Assembly (NCBI GenBank): GCA_973895155.1
Contig: OZ316895.1
Location: 13,193,186 to 13,257,185 of the forward strand
Direction: 5' to 3'
Length of the DNA stretch: 64,000 bases
From: Marsupella aquatica
Taxonomy: Eukaryota > Plantae > Marchantiophyta
This document shows positions 1 through 12,928 of this stretch, piece by piece (within the stretch, counting starts at the first letter, position 1; each line of letters opens with the position of its first letter). A program made the position numbers and the translations under genes. The notes beneath the pieces were generated by a model, which saw only the letters and a program-made list of their open reading frames with translations, had not been told where the DNA came from and did no database searches.

Positions 1-1296
1 CTAGCATAAACTTAACTGGCTCTTCAACTAAGAGTCCAACCCATTCTGTACTCTTTGACCAAGAACTTAATCTGATTATAAGTTTCCTCTTATCACAATA
101 CTACTACTCAATAAAGCTGATTACACTAAGTGCAATTTGGCTTCCCCTTATCAAAATTAAGGATTATTCAGGGGAACCTTTGATAGGGAATACTACATAG
201 ATTAGACTCTCCCTTTATCTACATTAGTTCTTCTCCTCATATCATAAGTTGCATTGTAGAGGGCAACTCACAGTTGAATACTTACTTTCTCATAGGATAG
301 GATTTGGCCTGACCGCTCTCATCATAGACTTGGACTCTAGGATTTGTTAGGGGAACTCCTTTTTACCCCAATCATGGGGCTAGACCCCTAGCGTCATGCT
401 TTATGCCTGGCCCTACAGATTCTTGGACAAGGGCTAGGGCTCCTACCTTTCTCTTTGGGATTCTTGGTGTTGCAGACCTCACTACTCTTTCCAGTAAATA
501 TATAAATGAATCAAGCGAATTGATCGATTTTTAACCCCACAACTGAAAATATTCCTTAGTACATGCCAGGAGGAGGGAAATCTCAAAGGCAGTAGAACTA
601 GAACGGAAGGAAAAATCACTTGAGGGGCCCTGGTCAGCTCCAGCGGCCAGGCTGACTTGTGACCAACACTTCTCAAGTTGATTCTGGGGCCAGGTCAGCT
701 GAAGTTGCCAGGGATGACTTGTGACCAACAGGTCTGAACCATCTCAAGGAAGTTTAATGTCATGCTCCACAGGTGCTTGTAGTTGCTGTAACTATTCATA
801 TAAGAAAAAGATAATATAGAAATCAGGGGGTTTATCCACTTGGAAGCCACTTGTGCTGCTTGCTCATGGGCAGTTTCTTCTTTAAAACTAGAAGAAAATA
901 TGAGAAAAGGGGAAGTTTTTCTGTAAGGGAACATAGAAAATGATGTTGACTATGATTTTGTTTGCAATTACAGTTCCTTTTCACAATCCACGAAATACAA
1001 GATTATTTGTTATGTAAGCTTTAATAGTGGATTTTGGATGGACTGGATGGTTTTTTAAGTGGAAGGGTCACAGTGCACTGATTGGTTTCAGACTGCCATT
1101 GGCAAAACTACTGACGGGGTCCCAAAAAAAACATGAGGGCCAAGCTAATTAAGGGACCAGAAGACTGAAACTTGCAGCACCTCCAAGTGACTCAACACAA
1201 ACCCCCAGCAGCAACAGCTCAGACCTTGGTTTGGAAATGAATCATCATCGGCCCTCTACAGACAGAAAGACGGGCAGAAAGATAGTGGATCCATTA

Positions 1297-1555
1297 GGGC
1301 ATCTCAAAGTTTCAAAAGTATGCATGATGGCATTTGGCCGCAAAAGAATGGTTGTAAAGTTTTCACAAGGTTATGTAAATTTATTTTGTTTTTTCTGTCA
1401 CCAGCCTCTATAGTGACAGATGGTAACATCACATTAGCAAGACCAATCCTTATGGAAAAAAGTTAAGGACTATGAATTTCATTTTTTAACATTTTGTTTC
1501 CATAACCTGTAACTAGTGAGTTAAGGTCCACCAAATTGTCAGCTTTGAGATGCCC
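1297..1555. mobile_element. PIF/Harbinger (Tourist-like) MITE
   Basis: TIRs GGGCATCTCAAAG / CTTTGAGATGCCC, flanked by TTA / TTG (near-canonical 3-bp TSD). Confidence 0.7.
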
Positions 1556-3127
1556 TTGGATGAAGATACTAGCTACATATGAGTGGGTACTTATTTCACC
1601 CAACACTACTCTGACTACATTTAACTCCAGTGAATGGGTTGAATGCTTATTGACAGGCTAATAGACTTTTCTCGCTCATTGACTAGACCATTTTAGATCA
1701 ATGTGACTCGGGATGTGACTTTTGACTTGCTAGTATAAAGTGACTCAAACCTCTCAGTAAACACATAAGTTTTTGTATATGTTTGTTTGTAAAAAATGTT
1801 TTACATCCATTTGGTTGCAAATAAAGTTTTGCCTCAAATATTTTCTCTAGTGTTGCTTTCTTCATTTCGAGCCACTTTTTGTCAATTAAGTGGCCTCGGG
1901 TCATGCTTGAATTCTGTGACATGTTCCTCTTCAGAAAGTTTTGAAAATATTGCACAAAAATGGGCACACAAATGGTCACAAACTTTGCGAATAGTTTCAG
2001 TACTATTAGTGAGTCTGATGGCTATGTCAAGTTTAAGGTAAGAAACTACATCAGGGTTGGATTGTGCAATATCTCAACTAAAGTTTTACAATGTTGAGTT
2101 GGAAAGCATATAAACTTGTCAAGCTTGGCACTCATCGATGTCCACAGGAACTTCTCCAGGCCCTTGTCTGTTCCCACAAATACAATTTTGTGGATACTCC
2201 ACAGTCTGGCTACCTCTGCCGCTCACGCACTGCTTGCTCTGGCTCCTTGTCTTCTTAAGTTGATCACCCTCCCATTACCCTAATCACCCTCTACTGCCAG
2301 TCGTTGATCCACCCTCAACTCCAGCCACAGCCTTGGTTCCATACTCAACCTAAATGTTTAAATTTATAATGATTTACCCATTACTATATAATATATGTAT
2401 TTACAAAAAAGTTCTAACCCTAACCAAAGTAACTGATGCCAGGCAAGGCATGATCACAACATGACATATCTCATTAGAACTAAAAGAGGAGATTTCAAAA
2501 GGGTCACATAGCGTGTTGTTTCTTGTGTCGCTAAGAACTGTTCAGTTTTGCCTCTAGTATAACCTATTTACTTCCATAGTACTATCTAGGCTTGGTAGAC
2601 TATGATAGCACTTGTTTGAGTTCCAAGTTCCCATAGACCATGGGAGCGGGTATACCCAGGGGGAACACAAACTTGTGCTCACATTTGAAGGTTCAATCTC
2701 TAGAAGATAGCCCAATGGGGTGAACCACACATTAGTCTGGATTTATCCCAACAAGAAAAATGTGATGCAATTAGCTTTCACTTGCTTTATGACATAACAA
2801 GCCTGTTGGTGACACTAAAGTGTTCGTCTTGACAACAAACCTAAGTATGTATGTCGTATAAAACACACCTCAGAGTACCTACATCAAAGAGATTTTCACA
2901 TAAAGAGACATAATTAACAGTTTGAAGACATTGTTGTGAGCCTAACAATGGAAATCTCAGACCTGATCTCAGATCTGGCAAAGTCCATTTAACATTACTA
3001 AGAAGGCTATATTGCATTATTCTTATTCTTACCCTTTCCAACCTTGAGTTTAGTTTTAGCAGAGAAAGAAGCGGTCATGACATCCAACATTATCCAAAAT
3101 CTCTGCGATGACTTAGATGGAATTTTC

Positions 3128-3338
3128 TTTTAAGTACATTGCCACTAAAGATGTTTGAATTTACAATACTGCCACTATTTTTTTGTATTTACAAAAATAA
3201 CATAGTTTCTGTATATAGTTCCCCTGGTTACTTTGGTAAACTTGTCATCCATATCCTAAACATAACATTTTTATAAATACAAAAAAAAAGTGGCACTATT
3301 GTCAATTATAACATGTTTCGTTGCAAAGTACTTAAAAG
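3128..3338. mobile_element. Hairpin MITE, copy 1
   Basis: Long imperfect TIRs TTTTAAGTAC...TGCCACT..TTTTTTGTATTT / AAATACAAAAAA..AGTGGCA...GTACTTAAAA; homologous to 5075-5270. Confidence 0.75.
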
Positions 3339-5074
3339 TTGTTTTAGAAAAACCTTTAAAGTAATATAGTAACACTGTTACTACTTTTGTAGACTAAATA
3401 TTTGTGTTGAGGCTCTAGGATTAGTTGAAGTTTTACTCCGTTCATTTACATTGGTTCAATCCATTTTAGAGAAATTTTTGGCTAGGTAAATGATTTGTTA
3501 AAGAGGAAATATTCTTACATAATTTCTAGGTGACTATCCAGCATACTATGTACTTCTATTTCCATTAAGATGCTTCCACACACTCAACTATCTACTGATA
3601 TTGCTTCATAGTTTTGTGGACCCATTGCAATACTCCCTAAATCCACAAAGGCACGTTAAAGATGGTGGTCATGAGTGGTTGCTAATAAGACCATCATGAA
3701 CTGTGTGTTGACCTGAATGCAATGTTATAAGCAGTGTTGTCAACAAAGTCTCGGGCCAAAAATTATGGTCTCTGAAACTAGATAGGGGCTAGGGACCCAA
3801 AATAAGGGGTGACAGGCCCAAGAAGAATATATGAAGGGAACTTAATATGTTCTAAGAACCCTCACTAACCATCAGTTAACCGTGATCGGTTAAGATCCAT
3901 TGCTACTTCTTCCGGGCCAAGAGGATAAAGACTAGCACTAGAGCATCCAAGAAAGGCATGGGGAGGTTGGTTGGCTTCTCACTTGAGGTGCACCATGGGA
4001 GAGGGTGATCATGGTGGGCAGGTCTGCAGCTTGCCGATGGTGCCATCGACACTGCCCATGGGCTTGCATCATGGGCAGAAAGGGCCACTGAGAGTAACGG
4101 TCTATAGCTAGACCACTGGTCAAGGTTGGGTTATAATTAGTGTATTTTAGTCCAAATCTTAGTCTTCTATTGACTAACCTTGCTCATGCTCCTTGTTTAG
4201 TTTACTTGAGCTCTTAATTTTGGACTAGAGAGGCTAAGGTGTTCTGGCGGAGTTTCTTGCGTTTGACTATTCTAACTTAACTCATGTTTTTGGACTCTTG
4301 TAACATTTGCAATTTGTCATGCCAGATAATATGAATCCAACTCTTGTTTATAGACTATTTAGACTTCTCATTGCTCATTTCCAAAAGTCAAATCCACAAG
4401 TATGCTATGAAATTAGGATGTCAGCTCTTGGAGGTTAGCTTAGTGTATATTTTGGGATACCATGGGCAATCCTAGCAATTTACAATTCTTTTTATCCAAA
4501 TCTAGTGTGAGCAAGTGGTGAAACCAACTTGGAGGGGTGGGAAAGCTGGTTTTTGGAAAGGTTGATACAATGTCCCGTGAAATGTTTGCACTTAACTCCT
4601 TTACCAGCACTTTAGTAATTCATATAATTTTTTAAATCCAAGATTTTATGAATCCTTTGTTGGGCATGTTATGCAAAGGTCTATCCACAAAGAGCTTGTG
4701 TCATCATACAAAGTTTGATCCTTTAAGGCCATAAGCGTAGCACTTTCCACGTGGCCTTATAATAGCAGCATGGATAAGATCTTTGTTGAAAGCATGATTG
4801 AGCTTGATCCTTTGGGACCAGCTATGACAATTGACTAATTGAGAGAAGGCTTACATTAGTGCAAGTCATCGGCCAATGTCACTAAAAGCATGAGTGATGT
4901 TCCACCCACACATATCTTCTCACTGTGTTTTCACAATCATGACTAGAGGGACCCCACATACACTCTCACAAAACTTTTGGAGAAGTGCTATTTTGAATCT
5001 AGACCTTTACTTGGGTTATAGCAAATACTCAAAAACAATGTTTCAAAAAAAATAGCAATCTTTATCCTCATGAA

Positions 5075-5270
5075 GCCACATATGTTTGAATTTACAATAC
5101 TTCACTGTTTTTTTGTATTCACAAAAATGCCACAGTTTCCTTATATAGTTCCCCTAGTAACCTTGGTAAACTTGTCATCCATAAACAAGACCGTGGCATT
5201 TTTCTAAATACCAAAAAAATAGTGGCAATATTGTCAATTAGAACATCTTTAGTGACAAAGTACTTAAAAC
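5075..5270. mobile_element. Hairpin MITE, copy 2 of the same family (left end eroded)
   Basis: Shares ATGTTTGAATTTACAATACT, TATATAGTTCCCCT, TTGGTAAACTTGTCATCCATA and CAAAGTACTTAAAA with 3128-3338. Confidence 0.75.
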
Positions 5271-7297
5271 TGTGACTAGATAACATCTTAGAACTACATA
5301 ACAACATCTATTTACTAAACGACATCTTTCACATAAAGACATCTTTGGCGCCACGATATCTTTTTAGTTGATCACATCTTTCACATAATGACATCATTGC
5401 CAACACAAGTTTTTTCTACTTAATGACAGCTTTGTGTAACACACTGGTATTGAGCTAGTTTAATAATATGATGATGATTGACATAATTTTCCAATGGATG
5501 GGACTTCCTAGAAGTGAGTGGTTAATGCCCAGGTCAAGGAGGAACCAACCTTCAACAACACTACAAATCAGCTCTCTCTGGTTAGCAAGGAACATAATAA
5601 ATTCAATAAAGGTTGATTGGGATTATAAAGATTTGAAAGGAGTCACGTGTGATTGGCAAGAAATGCATTTTTCTATTATTATGACAAATTGTTTCTAAAA
5701 CATATTGAGAACTAACTAAAGTAGAGTTGCATATAAATGCCATCACAAAATTTAGTCTCTAATATATACTTTACAAACTAGAATAGGTCATTTATAAATG
5801 AAAATGGAAATACTTATAAAATAAGTCTTTTAAAGCTAGAAATATCTCAATTGGGTCCAGGTCAGAAGTAATATCATCAAAATACACTTTGTCTCCTCTT
5901 GTGTCTCCCAAGGTCAGATCTTGTGGAAGTTGAAGGTTTTCCTTACAATGTTTTCCCAGGATCAAACCACTGAGAGGGTCCCCTGGCCTGTCTCAAAAGC
6001 GATCAATCCACACTAAACAATTTGATGAATTACTGAAGATGTTGCCTACCTCAGAGATGCTCTCATGTTAATCACAATTGCCAATCATTGGATAATTTGT
6101 TTTGCTTCAAAATGATGTGAATAGTAGCATTGGAAAGAAGCTTGATACCATTCATTTGGTCTTTCTAATGCTCTCCTTGAGTGGAGAGTCAAATGAGGAA
6201 AACAAGTCTATAATAATTATGGGGGTAAGTTTGAACTGTGACCTCTATCAATTGAGTGGCTCAAGTGCCCATTGTTTCCTGCCACTGAGATCATGTTGTT
6301 GTGATATGGCCCATCCATGATAGGTAAGAGAAGGCAAAACATGTCTTGAAGTTCCCTCCCTCCGTCCTTACCTAGCTTTCTTGTTTGACTCATCAAATTA
6401 AACGTCATCCTATCTTAGGTGCCAATTGTGGAGTACTATTGGGTTGTTCTTAATTCGCCAATGCTCATGTTGGACATTTGCCCAAAATTGGATTAAATAG
6501 GCTTGGTAACTAAGACAATTATACAATATCTTCAAAGGCAACCACGTCCTTGGATTTGCACCCAGATTCTCAACTTAGGTGTGGCGCCCCAACCTTGACC
6601 TGGGGTCTTGCTACTAACCTTCCCCCTTGGTAGCCTTTATCTCCCCTTTTGTAATGCACCAATAGGCCGCAATATGGCATGTCAGGATCACTCACCCGGG
6701 GATGCCTACACACTGTTGGGAGCCAACCAGCCTCCCTGACCTATGCTTTTTTGTATGCATAAGCGCTTGTGTGCTACTCTCGTCCCTTGGCTCGGTTGTA
6801 GTAGTGACAGATCTGAACTGATCACAAATAACAGCTTGTGAGGATGTTAGAACATGTACTCTCCTTGTATATGCTTCTAGGGACCTGCCACCTTTGGACC
6901 AAGTTTGGTCCTTTACTTTTGGCCCCCAACCCATATCTAGTCAGGACCATAACATTTGGCTCGTGACTCCGTTGGCGATGCTACACATAGCACCGTGTTT
7001 AGGTCCCAATTTAGCTCAACAGTGGAGCTCATGATGGTGCTGCCAGAACCCACTCATGACCACCTTTGTCAAGGTGCCTTCTTGGCCTAAAGGGGCATTG
7101 TGATTGGTCTGGGATATTAGGTCTCTACATCTCCCATATCAACTTCTGGCCATGCTCGACAACCACAAGGTGAACAATAGTATCAATTATCACTGTCAGT
7201 CACACCATTATGAGTGGTAGTCTGGTGTATTGTACTATCTAGGTTTAGAAGTTTTGTACTGTATTATGTGAACAGTTTAGGGTTTGCATACATTTTG

Positions 7298-7402
7298 GGG
7301 ATGATATTCCCTTTGTGGTGGCTCAAAAGGCCATCTTTTGATGCTGAGTGGGGATGATATTCCCTTTGTGGTGGCACAAAAGGCCATCTTTTGATGCTGA
7401 GT
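7298..7402 (+). repeat. ~53-bp tandem duplication
   Basis: GGGATGATATTCCCTTTGTGGTGGC.CAAAAGGCCATCTTTTGATGCTGAGTG occurs twice. Confidence 0.9.
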
Positions 7403-9327
7403 GATAACGGCTTGGCTGGCCAGGTTGTGTGCATGTAACATGGATTCCCTGAAGCACAAGGTGCGTTTAACTTGGCACCAATGTGTGATTGTCTTGGATG
7501 GGATTGGTTGTGCGTTGCTGGTGTTGATCGACATTCTATTGATTGAAGATTTGTTGTAGGCTTAGGCATGTGTGGACATGAGTTCCACTTGTATTCCATA
7601 ACTCTTCTATATTTGTGAAGTTAAATTGTGCCCTTCGTGGATGCGTGTGACAAGCGATGTATGTAGTTAACAAAATGTGTATGTGCACAAAATCACTGAT
7701 TGATATTAATTATCATTCATCTTGCTCTAACCCTGGTGAATTTTAACTTGGCACCTAAGATGGGCTTTTGGACAAAAAACTGCCAAAAAGATTTTGAAGT
7801 TGAAGTGATGGTATAGTTATACTCTAGGACTATTTTGGCCATGCTTGAGTTCATTCGTGATGAGACACCTCCAAACTATGTTGAGGCTTTTGAAGGCACA
7901 CTTTGTCTCACATTTGCGATCACGGTCTATAATGTTTTGTCTAAATCTATGGCCACCCACTGATAGGCCATTTTGTACAAAGTTGAGTTCTTTCCAATGA
8001 GTGTGACATTGAGAGATTTTATCTAGACAATACTAAAGAGATCATGAGTTTCTAAATCTTGATCTTGAGCTTTCCAATGAATCCAACATTGACACATTTC
8101 ATCAAATACTAAAGAGATTGATTATTTAGTTTTACAATGTGGAGCCAAAGGGGTTCTAACTATGTATATTTCTTTCAATTGGTTTTTTAAAACTTGCAAA
8201 CAATTAAAAAATACAAGCATTTTGATGTAAAACACTGACGCATCATTGACGAACATAAGAATGGTAACTTTATTTTACTATTTAAATGACATTTCTTCCT
8301 TTGTATTCTGGTATTTTTATGCTTAATAATTACGGCATGGGACCCCAAAAATTATGTTACTTTAACCAGCCACAAACATGAATGTGTGTTGTTGTTACTG
8401 TCAAAAATATGATCTTTCCTGTTTGTTGCTGGTTGTCCTAATGTGGCACAACCTCGTGGCAGGGAATTTGCCTGGGACATCTCATGGGGGTCTGTAAATA
8501 ACTTTGAGGCAGAATTTGGTTTTGTGTTCATAAAGGAGTGAAGGTTCCCAAATCATATATCTTCTTAATCCTGCAATATTTGTTTTCTCCCAAGCGCTTA
8601 ATTTCCCTCTTTATAAGGTGAGATGGGGGAGAAGATAGTGAAGTTCTGTCAAGTTCACACAAAAAACTTCTAGGCTAATAGTCTGTGTATATATGTAGGT
8701 GATTATTAAAACTAAAGAAAATGAAAAAGAAAAATCAAATTTGGGGTTCTTATTTCTACGAAGACTGGTTATGTGTGACAAAGCAAATGATCATTTTCCT
8801 GCTTCCAAGGCAAGATTTAGCTTTTTTGTGAGAAAACTATAGGGTAGTTTAAAAACAATTTTGAGACTTATTAAATCTTGGAATATTCTAAAATATTTCA
8901 AACTCATAGGGGAGTTTTTCAATGTTCTCCTTAAGTTATAGGGTGTATGGGGCCTTAAAACATCACAAGTGATAGGGGGCTCCCCATATATTGATACTCT
9001 TGAGGAATCAGATATCAGTCTTTGGAGGAGTAACTCATAGCCTACACTTAGGTGAGGAGCTATCCATTTAGTCCAAAAGGGTGTTGGGGACTAGAGTGTG
9101 GGTGCCGGGGGGGGGGGGGGGTGGTGCGGGGCGGGATGGGGCTTTTGCTGTGGTTGGAAGGGATACCTTCTGTGTGGTGGTGCCCTACATTGAATGTGTG
9201 GTTGCTGATTGAATAGTATAGTTCAATATTTCATCCCATTTCCCCCCTCCCCCCAAAGAAACACAGTCTAGGGTTGATTTTGCTGAGGAATTTGCCTTGA
9301 AAGATTTCAACCATTCATGACCGAGGT

Positions 9328-10222
9328 GTATGCTTGATGGGCTCTCTAGTGTAACTTTCTTACCTGATGGGCCTCTTCAAAACTTTTTTTACCTGATAGG
9401 CCACTTGTCACACTTTTGTGTCAGTTGTTCTTGTAACACTCACTCTAACCAATGTTTCCTTGATGCAATGACCAACTGCACCGTCCAACCCCACACCCAA
9501 CCTTGCACAATAAAAAAAGGCCAAATGTAGAATTGCGGCCGCCGCTACCCAAACTGCAAAGTGAAGACAATATGTATTATGTCTTTGGATTTGAACCGTG
9601 GATGCTACATGAACTACAAAGTGAAAACAACATGGATTATGTCTTCGGATTTAAATTTTTACTGTACCACGAGGTAGTCATGGGGCTTACTTTCATGTGC
9701 TCCACACAAGGTTTTCTCGAATTTTTTATTTGCGACTATCGGTTTGGAGTAATGTGCGGCCATTACGATCCTAGTACTTCCACTAGCACTTTTTCTATCA
9801 CTGGCCATTGGGCACTCGTTTTCTGTCACTAGGCACTGGGCTTCAATCAACAACCTGAAGGTATAGACAAAACCCAAGCATCGACTAAAGCCCAAGCATC
9901 AACAAAACCCAAGCTCTTCCCTCCTGCAACACAAATAATCAATGAGCGACAATAGTCAGGTAGCGGTGACAACCCTAAACCCCTCACAACACACAAATAC
10001 AAAATGCAATATTTCTTCATGGCTAAATCCACCACGCCCTATTTAGAGCCCCGTTGTGATCAACTACACAGTTTGGCACCTCATAAGAACAGTGAGTACA
10101 ACTCATTAAGAGGCAAGGGACCTATTAGGTAAAAAATGTTTTGTAGGGGCCTATTAGGTAAAAAACATTTCATAGGGGCCCATCAGGTAAGAAAGTTTCA
10201 CCACAAGGCCCATGAAGTATAT
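9328..10222. mobile_element. Mutator-like non-autonomous element with repetitive TIRs
   Basis: ACTTTCTTACCTGATGGGCC and TTTTTTACCTGATAGGCC on the left are inverted relative to GGCCTATTAGGTAAAAAA and GGCCCATCAGGTAAGAAAGT on the right. Confidence 0.6.
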
Positions 10223-12589
10223 ATTTCATTCAACACAAAAAGTATGTTTGCCTTGAAAATTTTGAATGAATATCATTTATTGAAAGTGCATAGGGCAAGG
10301 CATCCCAAGAGGGAGAAGCCCAGGTGGACTAAAGATTGTACTTCTCAGGGTCTATTACAAAAGATTGTAAAATTATGTGCGATCTAAAATAAACATTTTC
10401 ATACTATTTCCATTAAAGATTTTAAAAGTGTAGGAAACACCTCATTCAAACAATTCAAAAGCATTGGATATTCCTTATAGTATATCTTATATGAAATAAA
10501 GTAGGCCATTTAAGACTTGAAATCTAAATATTGTAGAATATTATCTGTAGATAAATGAGGGTGTTGGTTCATTAGATCAGGATTGCAAGTGGTATCCTAA
10601 ACAGTCACTAAGTTAACCTTTGGAGCTGGTATTGTGAACAAAAATGTTGGTCACTAGTCTATGGTACTTTTGGCATTGGTGAGTGCTCGATGGATGTGAT
10701 GGCCAGCCGGTCATCTGGACAGACGGACGGATAATGGACTGAAGGATGGGAAGATGGATAGACTCATGAGTGATTGAGTTTAGTGAGATTTTATGGTACA
10801 TTGGCTCTTTGGACCGTGTAGTGTGGAGGGGATTGAATTCCATTAATTGGAAGAACATAAAATAGTGTATCCCGGAAGTGGGAAGAGCATAGGTCATGTT
10901 GTGACAAAGTGTAAGTTTTGGTTATAGGGTGTTTTTAAAGTTATTTTTCCTTTCTTGCCAGGGTGGATAATGTCACCTTGTGTGAATAATATTCCTTATC
11001 TAATCTTTCATAGATTAATTGCTGACTCTTATATCTCCCTAGATTAAAGAGTAGCCTGTCAGATTTGGGCTATTGCCGTGGGTAGGTGCAAAACTGGCCA
11101 ATGGAAGGCTAGCATATTTTAGCCACAAGTGGTCAAGAATTTTCAGTGATGTGGAATCTAGCAAATTTTGCCACAAAAAAAAACTCTCGTGATGAGCTAT
11201 GGGCTCTCGCGATGGGTTATAAACCTATAGTAGGGCATCTTAAAACTAGGTCATTAGTGAAAGTTATGGATTTGTGATATATCCCATAACTCAAGTTATG
11301 GGATCCAGTTATATAATTTAAAATGGGGGGAAATAACATTGACCTGCCCCATAAGGGAGGAGTTACGGCCTCACCTGTCTCATAGCATATATGTTTTTTT
11401 TTTTCTCAATTCTTGATCAGCCGCCGCCTCAAATGCATCAGTGATCATCATGCCAGAAACAAATCCCATGTGTCTTTAGTCTTGGCTTTATGGAGTTCCA
11501 GAGTCCTGGATTTCCAGATTTCCACCTAACCTTGTGGGAAAATTACAGGTTGTGTTGAGCCCACTACCTTTCCTTTCAGTAGCTGAAGATTGACTCCCAT
11601 AATTTTTGCGGCAAGTTTCCATAATACTTGAGTTATGGGAAGGCAAGATCTTGTTAATGCCAAGCTTTGAGACGCCCTAGTAATTTTAGCATTGTGAGTG
11701 CGACTTCATTTGGACAGATAGACAGACGGGTGAGCGGCGAGCGGGCAACGGGCGGATCGACAGAGGGGCGGGCGGACAGATGGACAAATGAACAGACTGC
11801 GGGATGGCGGGACGGACTGGAAGATGGATGGATGGATGGATAAATGGATTGGGTGATGAGTGATTGCGTTGAGCGAGATTTTACTGGTGACGTCAATTGA
11901 TGTGATGAGCTATGATGTGAGGGGTGGTGAAAGAGGTCGTAGCTGCTGAAAAGCTAAAAAGCTAAAAAGCTACGGTAGAATGCTATGGAGAACGAGGCAG
12001 AGGAGAAGAAAGACGGGAGGGGACGACGAACGAAGGAACTAACGAAGAAGAAAGCAAACAAACAGCGACTGACACTGCTGCTGACTTGACTCAAGACGAG
12101 GAACGAACAAACTACGTACATACATACATAATTGGAGAAGCGAGGCATAATTGGCAGGATTATGTGCCGTGACTGACGCTCCTCCCTGGCAAAAAAAATT
12201 CGGAAGAGACGGGAGATTCGATCGCAGATTGCCCTCAGAAAGAGATTGATTGGGGGGGGGGGTGGGGTGGGGGGGGGGTAGAGTGGAAGAGATCAGTAAC
12301 GACGACGGAGTAAAAGTGCTTGCTGAGCAATGCGATTCGAGACGCGAGATGAGTGCGAACCAGCGATGTCGAGCATCGTGAGCATATCTGCGAGAGAGGA
12401 GCGGAGGAGGACGGGAATGTGGGCACTACTGAGCTGAGCAGCAGGAGCAGCTGCAAGGACAAGGCAGACGGACAGACGGACAGACAACAGACGAGAAAGG
12501 CGAGAAAACGACGAGGAGTAAAGGTGAATAGCGTTGCTGCAGACGCAACAGCAGCAGCTGGTTTTGTTTTTGTTTTGTGTGCGCACAGG

Positions 12590-12928
12590 AGGCCCACAGG
12601 TATCAAGGCAGGCAGGCACTCAGGAACGAAGGGCTGGGATTTGGAAGAGAGAGAGAGGACCAAAACGGGGAAAAAGGAGGACGAGGAGGGACCCACAAAG
12701 CAGCCAGCAGGGATTATGGAGGAGCAACTTATTTACCGACTATGGTGGACAGCAAGAGGAATGCGGAGTGACGGAGTCCTGAGTGAGAGTGCAATAATAA
12801 GGTGGAGATATTAGATAGAAGTCTAGACACAGGGAAAAGATTGGAACGTTGGAGAAAGGGATGGGCGGGGCCCGAGGGCGGGCTATGGCGTCAGGGCACG
12901 AAGCGGGAGGAGGTCGAGGAGTGGGCCC
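12590..12928. promoter_or_regulatory. Cluster of TCP-binding (site II / GGNCCCAC-type) motifs upstream of the TCP gene
   Basis: AGGCCCAC 12590-12597, GGACCCAC 12689-12696, GTGGGCCC 12921-12928; the class I TCP consensus is GGNCCCAC. Function is inferred only. Confidence 0.4.

Noticed and set aside
2414-2425. CTAACCCTAACC telomere-like motif
   Set aside because: Only two units, expected by chance.
6680-6985. Possible LTR (TGTCAGGA...CATAACA) followed by TTTGGCTCGTGACTCCG as a PBS
   Set aside because: No second LTR, TSD or identifiable tRNA match in the window; too weak to call.
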